Assembly (NCBI GenBank): GCA_035299425.1
Contig: DATGWP010000239.1
Coordinates: 1,259 to 65,258 of the forward strand
Length of the DNA stretch: 64,000 nucleotides
Direction: 5' to 3'
Source of the DNA: Chitinophagales bacterium
Lineage (GTDB): Bacteria > Bacteroidota > Bacteroidia > Chitinophagales > LD1
Positions 58,768-64,000 of this stretch are shown here, piece after piece (positions within the stretch are counted from its first letter, which is position 1; every line of letters begins with the position of its first letter). Below the pieces are notes generated by a model. It made no database searches and was not told where the DNA came from. It saw only the letters and a list, made by a program, of their open reading frames with translations. The position numbers and the translations under genes were made by a program.

Positions 58768-60031
58768 GTGGCAAGGGACGAGGGACGAGGGACATGGGAA
58801 ATACACTTTTGTATTGGCCGTGGTCTGTTGTCTGTGGTCTGTTGTCTGCTGTTCTCAGGATACTGTGCAGTTGAGCGTGTTTAAGAAATATCCTTTTGTG
58901 CATAGCGAACGTAACGAAATTGTAAATGCGGGAGCGTTAGATGGTTTTTTTGAAAAGCTGCTGCAGCAGAAGAAACAAAACAGCCGCAGGGTAAGTGTGT
59001 TGCATATTGGCGACTCGCACATACAGGCAGATATGATAACCGCGCCACTGCGCACAGGTTTTCAGAAAGATTTTGGCAACGCAGGCCGTGGGTTGGTGAT
59101 ACCATTGCGGGTGTCGGGTAGTAACGAGCCTTATAGTTATAAGATTAGCAGTAACATAAAATGGTTTGGCAAGCGCTGTGTGTATGTAAGCGATACGCTG
59201 CACTATGGCATTGGAGGGTACCTGGCCAGAACCTATAACGACTCGGCTATACTTACCATACGTACTAATAACTATGCGCCGCTTAATTATGCCTTCAATA
59301 AGTTGACCTTGTTCTATCAGCACGACTCATCGTTTACTTATGTGCTATACGATACCAGTGGCAACCGCTTGGTTACGTTGGGCGCAGATTCGGTGCAGGC
59401 GTTTTTAAATTACAGCACGGCTAAGTTGCCACAGTATACCAATATGGCTGTAGTAAAGCTGGAGCGCAACGACACTATAACCCAAAAGCATGCAACCATC
59501 TATGGTTTTAATTTAGAGAATGACAGCAACGGTGTGTTGTATCATGTGGTAGGGGTGAATGGTGCAGAGGCTTATCAGTATGTAGCGGCTAAAAACTTTG
59601 CAGTGCAAACGGCCTTGCTGGTGCCCGATGTAATTATCATATCGCTGGGCACTAATGAAGGGCAGCGCCGCCCATTTGATAAGGTAGTGCAAGAGGCAAA
59701 ACTTGACTCGATGGTGAAGCAACTGCAACTATGTAACCCCAACGTACCGGTGGTGCTTACCAGCCCGCCCGATTCATACTACAGGAGAAAATATTACAAT
59801 ACAGCCATAGCTGCTTACCACGAAATGATGGTAGACTATGCAAAGAGGAACAACCTGGCGGTATGGGATTTGTTTGCTGTAACCGGAGGGCACAAAAGCT
59901 GTTACCAGTGGAAGAAATATGGATTGATGCAGCGCGATGGTGTGCATTTTACACGCGCGGGATATGAACTGCAGGGGAACCTATTATACGAAGCACTACT
60001 AAAAGCCTACAACCAATATGCCCGCCATTGA
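58733..60031 (+). CDS. SGNH/GDSL-type hydrolase-like protein, second copy (start uncertain)
   Basis: 432 aa with VLHIGDSHIQAD (block I) and C-terminal DGVHFTRAGY (block V DxxH). The N-terminal region contains a 14-nt tandem duplication. It overlaps the upstream gene by 35 nt. Confidence 0.6.
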   Translation: MRNMKEGSGVGKWQGTRDEGHGKYTFVLAVVCCLWSVVCCSQDTVQLSVFKKYPFVHSERNEIVNAGALDGFFEKLLQQKKQNSRRVSVLHIGDSHIQADMITAPLRTGFQKDFGNAGRGLVIPLRVSGSNEPYSYKISSNIKWFGKRCVYVSDTLHYGIGGYLARTYNDSAILTIRTNNYAPLNYAFNKLTLFYQHDSSFTYVLYDTSGNRLVTLGADSVQAFLNYSTAKLPQYTNMAVVKLERNDTITQKHATIYGFNLENDSNGVLYHVVGVNGAEAYQYVAAKNFAVQTALLVPDVIIISLGTNEGQRRPFDKVVQEAKLDSMVKQLQLCNPNVPVVLTSPPDSYYRRKYYNTAIAAYHEMMVDYAKRNNLAVWDLFAVTGGHKSCYQWKKYGLMQRDGVHFTRAGYELQGNLLYEALLKAYNQYARH

Positions 60032-61487
60032 TTTTCATAAACTGTGGCAACAGTTCGTGTATCACCCTAATGAACCGCTGATATTCAGCACGGGGCTGTT
60101 CCTGTTTTTGTTTATGGCATTTATTACGGGTTTCTACCTGGTTCGCAAACACCATAGCGCCAAGCTGGCGTATGTTATCCTGTTCTCGTTATACTTCTAT
60201 TACAAGTCAAGTGGTATTTACTTTCTGTTGTTGGTGTTATCTACGGTAGTAGATTATAGCCTCGCCAATTTTATTTACAATGCCGATACGCAGTGGAAGA
60301 AAAAATCGTGGCTGATTTTTAGTCTGGTGCTTAATCTTGGTTTGCTGGGCTATTTTAAGTATACCAATTTTCTGTACGAGATTTTTTGCAATGCTACTAA
60401 CCATCCCTTCGATCCGTTTGAGATTTTCCTGCCGGTGGGTGTTTCGTTCTTTACCTTCCAATCGCTCAGCTACACTATAGAAATTTATCGCGGTGATATA
60501 GAGCCTGAGAAGAGTATCTGGAACTACGCCTTCTTCGTTTCTTTCTTTCCTCAGTTAGTTGCAGGCCCAATTGTAAGGGCCAAAGATTTTTTACCCCAGG
60601 TATCGCAGGAGCCAATTGTAACCAAAGAAATGTTTGGCCATGCGGTGTTTTTAATTGTTGCGGGCTTGTTTAAAAAGGTAGTGATTTCCGATTACATCAG
60701 TGTGAATTTTGTAGACCGCATTTTTGACAACCCTACGCTGTATACCGGTCTGGAAAACCTGTTTGGCGTGTATGGCTATGCCCTGCAAATTTACTGCGAC
60801 TTTAGTGGTTACAGCGATATGGCCATTGGTATTGCCCTGCTGTTTGGCTACAAACTTACTCTCAACTTCGATTCGCCTTACCAGAGTAGCAGTATAACCG
60901 AGTTCTGGCGCAGGTGGCATATCTCGCTCTCTACCTGGCTGCGCGATTACCTTTACATATCGCTGGGTGGTAACCGCAAGGGCCGTGTGCGCACTTACTT
61001 CAATCAGTTTATGACTATGCTGTTGGGTGGCTTATGGCATGGGGCGGCCTTCAGGTTTATACTATGGGGTGCGCTGCACGGTGTAGCGCTGGGTATAGAT
61101 AAATACATGAAGGAGTTTTTTAAAATACCCAACACCGGGTTTTTTAAGGTTGCCGGCGTGTTGCTTACCTTTCACTTTGTTTGTTTCTGCTGGATATTCT
61201 TCCGCGCCGATGATATGACTGTGGCTGGTAATGTTATTTCGCAGATAGCCCTGCACTTTACACCTTCCATCTTCTTCGATTTTATTACCGGCTACCGAAA
61301 TATTCTATTGGTAATGTTACTGGGTTACGGCTTGCATTTCATCCCGAAGAGCATAGAGATAAAAGCACATCATTTTGTAACCGAGATGCCGCTGGCTGGT
61401 AAGGTGGCCATGATGGTAGCTATGATAGTAGTGCTGATACAGGTAAAGAGCAGCAACGTGCAGCCTTTTATTTATTTTCAGTTTTAG
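60018..61487 (+). CDS. MBOAT-family membrane O-acyltransferase (AlgI/PatA/DltB-like)
   Basis: 489 aa, polytopic, with FW.RWHISLS.WLRDYLYI.LGG and the conserved His in LWHGA. Confidence 0.85.
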   Translation: MPAIDFHKLWQQFVYHPNEPLIFSTGLFLFLFMAFITGFYLVRKHHSAKLAYVILFSLYFYYKSSGIYFLLLVLSTVVDYSLANFIYNADTQWKKKSWLIFSLVLNLGLLGYFKYTNFLYEIFCNATNHPFDPFEIFLPVGVSFFTFQSLSYTIEIYRGDIEPEKSIWNYAFFVSFFPQLVAGPIVRAKDFLPQVSQEPIVTKEMFGHAVFLIVAGLFKKVVISDYISVNFVDRIFDNPTLYTGLENLFGVYGYALQIYCDFSGYSDMAIGIALLFGYKLTLNFDSPYQSSSITEFWRRWHISLSTWLRDYLYISLGGNRKGRVRTYFNQFMTMLLGGLWHGAAFRFILWGALHGVALGIDKYMKEFFKIPNTGFFKVAGVLLTFHFVCFCWIFFRADDMTVAGNVISQIALHFTPSIFFDFITGYRNILLVMLLGYGLHFIPKSIEIKAHHFVTEMPLAGKVAMMVAMIVVLIQVKSSNVQPFIYFQF

Positions 61488-62148
61488 CCACCACCAGATA
61501 ATGATTAAAGAAAAACTCCTGCTTTAACAGAATAGTTTTTTGAATCTGCATTCCCTGTTTTTCGAGCATGGCTTTATACTCAGCCAAATCATATTGATGC
61601 GGGTGCAGCACATCGCCGGGTATAGTGCGGAAGAGATGTTTGAAGAAAGAATGATTGTGCGCATCAATAGAAACAACTACCTGTCCGTTAGCTGCGCATA
61701 GATTTTTTAACTGCGCAAAGCCTTTCTCAATATCATATACGTGATTGATGGCGTTAAGACAGAACACTATATCATATTTATAGACTTCCGAAGTTGTAAA
61801 AACTTCGGAAGTCTTTGTTCCGAAATCTTCAATAGTGCTCTCAGCAAATTCAACCTTGGGGTAATCTGCTTTAGTAAAAAAGGCAAGCTGTTTTTCGTAT
61901 TCATTAATAAGCGGGTCAACGGCGGTTATTTTGTTATTGGGCAGTGCTATGAAAATACCTGCAGGGCCGCAGCCCAAATCGCAAATGGTTTTAGTAGTGT
62001 CAATTTTTACTTCAGTAGAAATGAGGCCGAGTATATTATGCCAATAGCTTTTCTTCCATTGTAGATAGGTGGTTTTGTCTTTGCTGCGCAGGTAGTTTTT
62101 CCACCAGCGCAGTTCAAACCATTGGGCTATTTTCCATTTTGTTGTCAT
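61468..62148 (-). CDS. class I SAM-dependent methyltransferase
   Basis: 226 aa with motif I ICDLGCGPAGIF. The 3' end overlaps the convergent MBOAT gene by 20 nt. Confidence 0.7.
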   Translation of the reverse strand: MTTKWKIAQWFELRWWKNYLRSKDKTTYLQWKKSYWHNILGLISTEVKIDTTKTICDLGCGPAGIFIALPNNKITAVDPLINEYEKQLAFFTKADYPKVEFAESTIEDFGTKTSEVFTTSEVYKYDIVFCLNAINHVYDIEKGFAQLKNLCAANGQVVVSIDAHNHSFFKHLFRTIPGDVLHPHQYDLAEYKAMLEKQGMQIQKTILLKQEFFFNHYLVVAKTENK

Positions 62149-62285
62149 ATACTCGGTGTGTTGGTTGGCAGATGGATAAACTCACTATCCACAAATGCAC
62201 ATTCCACTTTCCACAATCGCTAAACTAAACTTCGTCCATTAAATTAAACGTCTATTTTTGCCAACGTTCTATTTATAGAACGCAG

Positions 62286-62673
62286 TTACATGCTGCTTCA
62301 TCGTTCTTTGTAAAAAGGAAAGGAAAGTCCGGACAATGCAGGGCGCCGCACCACCTAACGGGTGGCTCCTACGAAAATGGGAAGAGATAGTGCCGCAGAA
62401 AATAACCGCCGCTCAAAGTCCCTTTAGGGATTTAGGATGGTAAGGGTGAAAATGTGTGGTAAGAGCACACGGTTAATTGTAGTAATACAGTTAGCGGGTA
62501 AACCTTGCGGATTGAAAGCTCACGTATATCAGCCTTTGAGAGCGGCTCGCGCGATTCCCGATTTATCGGGAAGGGTTGAGGGGTTGAGCGTAACAGGTGC
62601 TGTGCGAACAGTATCGCAGATAAATGATGAGGGCTTCGAAAGAGGAACAGAATCCGGCTTACAGGCATGTAAC
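62286..62673 (+). ncRNA. rnpB: RNase P RNA, bacterial class A
   Basis: Universally conserved GGAAAGTCCGGAC (62322-62334) and ACAGAATCCGGCTTA (62647-62661). P1 pairs GTTACATGCTG (62286-62296) with CAGGCATGTAAC (62662-62673). Confidence 0.9.
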
Positions 62674-62869
62674 ATTTTGAAAGAATTACCAGTTAGGAAT
62701 TACAAATTACTAGTTGGAAGAGATATAAATATGCAGGGGATTGGACACCCGCCTGCATGATTGAAGTAATAAAGAAGGAGTACACATTTTAATTTTTTAA
62801 GGAACCGGTAGTTGTGCGTTGATAGCTGCAATACGCTGTTAATGGCAATTACATAATTAAACCACACAC

Positions 62870-64000
62870 ATGCCTACTATTCTGATAGCCGATGACGACA
62901 AGAGCATCCGTAAAACGTTGCGCGAAATTTTAGAATACGAAAGTTATAAAGTGGAAGAGGCCGTAGATGGCGCCCAGGCATTTGAGATGCTGAAGGAAGG
63001 CAGCTACGACTGTGCACTGCTGGATATTAAAATGCCTAAGATGGATGGGCTGGAGGTGCTAACCAAGTTGCAGGGCACCGACTGCGAAACGCCTATCATT
63101 ATGATTTCGGGCCACGGCTCGGTAGAAAATGCAGTGGAGGCTACTAAAAAAGGTGCGTTCGATTTTATTAATAAGCCGCCTGATTTGAACCGATTGCTTA
63201 TTACGGTGCGTAATGCGCTGGAAAAATCTACACTGGTTACCGAGACCAAGGTGCTGAAAAGAAAAGTGGGCAAAACCCGCGAAATGATTGGCGACTCTCC
63301 GGCCATTCAAAAGATAAAAGAAACGATTGACCGTGTAGCACCTACCGAGGCGCGTGTACTGATAACCGGTGACAACGGAACCGGTAAAGAGCTTGTAGCC
63401 CGCTGGATACATGAAAGAAGCAACCGCGCAAACGGTCAGCTTGTAGAAGTGAACTGTGCGGCTATACCGAGCGAGTTGATAGAAAGCGAATTGTTTGGCC
63501 ACGAGAAAGGGGCTTTTACATCGGCCATGAAACAGCGCATTGGTAAATTTGAACAAGCCAACAGCGGAACATTGTTTTTGGATGAGATAGGGGATATGAG
63601 CCTCAGCGCACAAGCCAAGGTGCTGCGTGCATTACAAGAGCAACGCATTACCCGCGTAGGTGGCGACCGCGATATACCGGTAGATGTACGTGTAATAGCA
63701 GCTACCAATAAGGACCTGCTGAAAGAAGTGGAAGAAGGCAGGTTCCGTGTCGATTTATATCACCGTATAGGTGTTATCCTTATCCATGTGCCATCGCTTA
63801 ACGAAAGAACCGATGATGTGCCTTTGCTGGCCGAAAAGTTTGTAAAAGAAATTTGCGAGGATTACGGTATTCCTAAAAAGGTAATTACCCCTAAGGCTCT
63901 TGAAGAGTTGAAGACCATGAACTGGGAAGGTAACATCCGCGAACTGCGCAACGTTATAGAGCGCCTTGTAATATTAAGCGACCAGAAGATAACGGAAACA
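62870..64000 (+). CDS. sigma-54-dependent response regulator (NtrC family), 3' end outside the window
   Basis: The ATG at 62870 opens a frame that stays open to the window edge (377 codons). The receiver domain is MPTILIADDDKSIRKTL...LLDIKMPKMDG. The AAA+ sigma-54 domain shows ITGDNGTGKELVA, ELFGHEKGAFT, GTLFLDEIGDM and the R-finger region. Confidence 0.85.
   Translation, partial: MPTILIADDDKSIRKTLREILEYESYKVEEAVDGAQAFEMLKEGSYDCALLDIKMPKMDGLEVLTKLQGTDCETPIIMISGHGSVENAVEATKKGAFDFINKPPDLNRLLITVRNALEKSTLVTETKVLKRKVGKTREMIGDSPAIQKIKETIDRVAPTEARVLITGDNGTGKELVARWIHERSNRANGQLVEVNCAAIPSELIESELFGHEKGAFTSAMKQRIGKFEQANSGTLFLDEIGDMSLSAQAKVLRALQEQRITRVGGDRDIPVDVRVIAATNKDLLKEVEEGRFRVDLYHRIGVILIHVPSLNERTDDVPLLAEKFVKEICEDYGIPKKVITPKALEELKTMNWEGNIRELRNVIERLVILSDQKITET

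Overview
The window is a 64-kb chromosomal segment that looks Bacteroidota-like (Sphingobacteriia/Chitinophagia). The evidence is many T9SS C-terminal sorting domains, SprB and CHU_C gliding-type domains, TAnnTTTG-like promoter boxes and a class-A RNase P RNA.

**0.7-9.7 kb.** This stretch holds a Na+/solute symporter, a small membrane protein and a myo-inositol oxygenase. Next comes a decayed kdp locus: an IS3-family remnant, a kdpC 3' fragment, an intact porin, and a truncated, frameshifted histidine kinase. A membrane FAD-oxidase and a methyltransferase-like gene follow.

**9.87-36.9 kb.** This is an accessory block of three cassettes. A repeated element separates them, and its last copy abuts the 3' end of a minus-strand tRNA-Arg(CCT).
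- Cassette 1: LTD/SprB-repeat type-B T9SS protein, choice-of-anchor-J type-A T9SS protein, an all-alpha protein, and a collagen-like gene split by a G7 tract.
- Cassette 2: an operon of three giant T9SS proteins and a divergent all-alpha protein.
- Cassette 3: a 1178-aa collagen/tail-fibre/S74 protein and a divergent TPR+LuxR-HTH protein.
- No integrase, transposase or phage gene is visible in any cassette.

**37-64 kb.** This part is mostly housekeeping: GlcD-like oxidase, GH1 beta-glucosidase, mtnN, rnz, a STAS protein, clpC, fabI, recN, an MBOAT plus two SGNH O-acetylation cluster, a methyltransferase, rnpB and an NtrC-type regulator. Interspersed are another collagen-like protein, a 1526-aa beta-helix T9SS adhesin, a Kelch T9SS protein and two families of hairpin-rich intergenic repeats.

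**Method.** All calls come from reading translations and motifs by eye. No database search was run.
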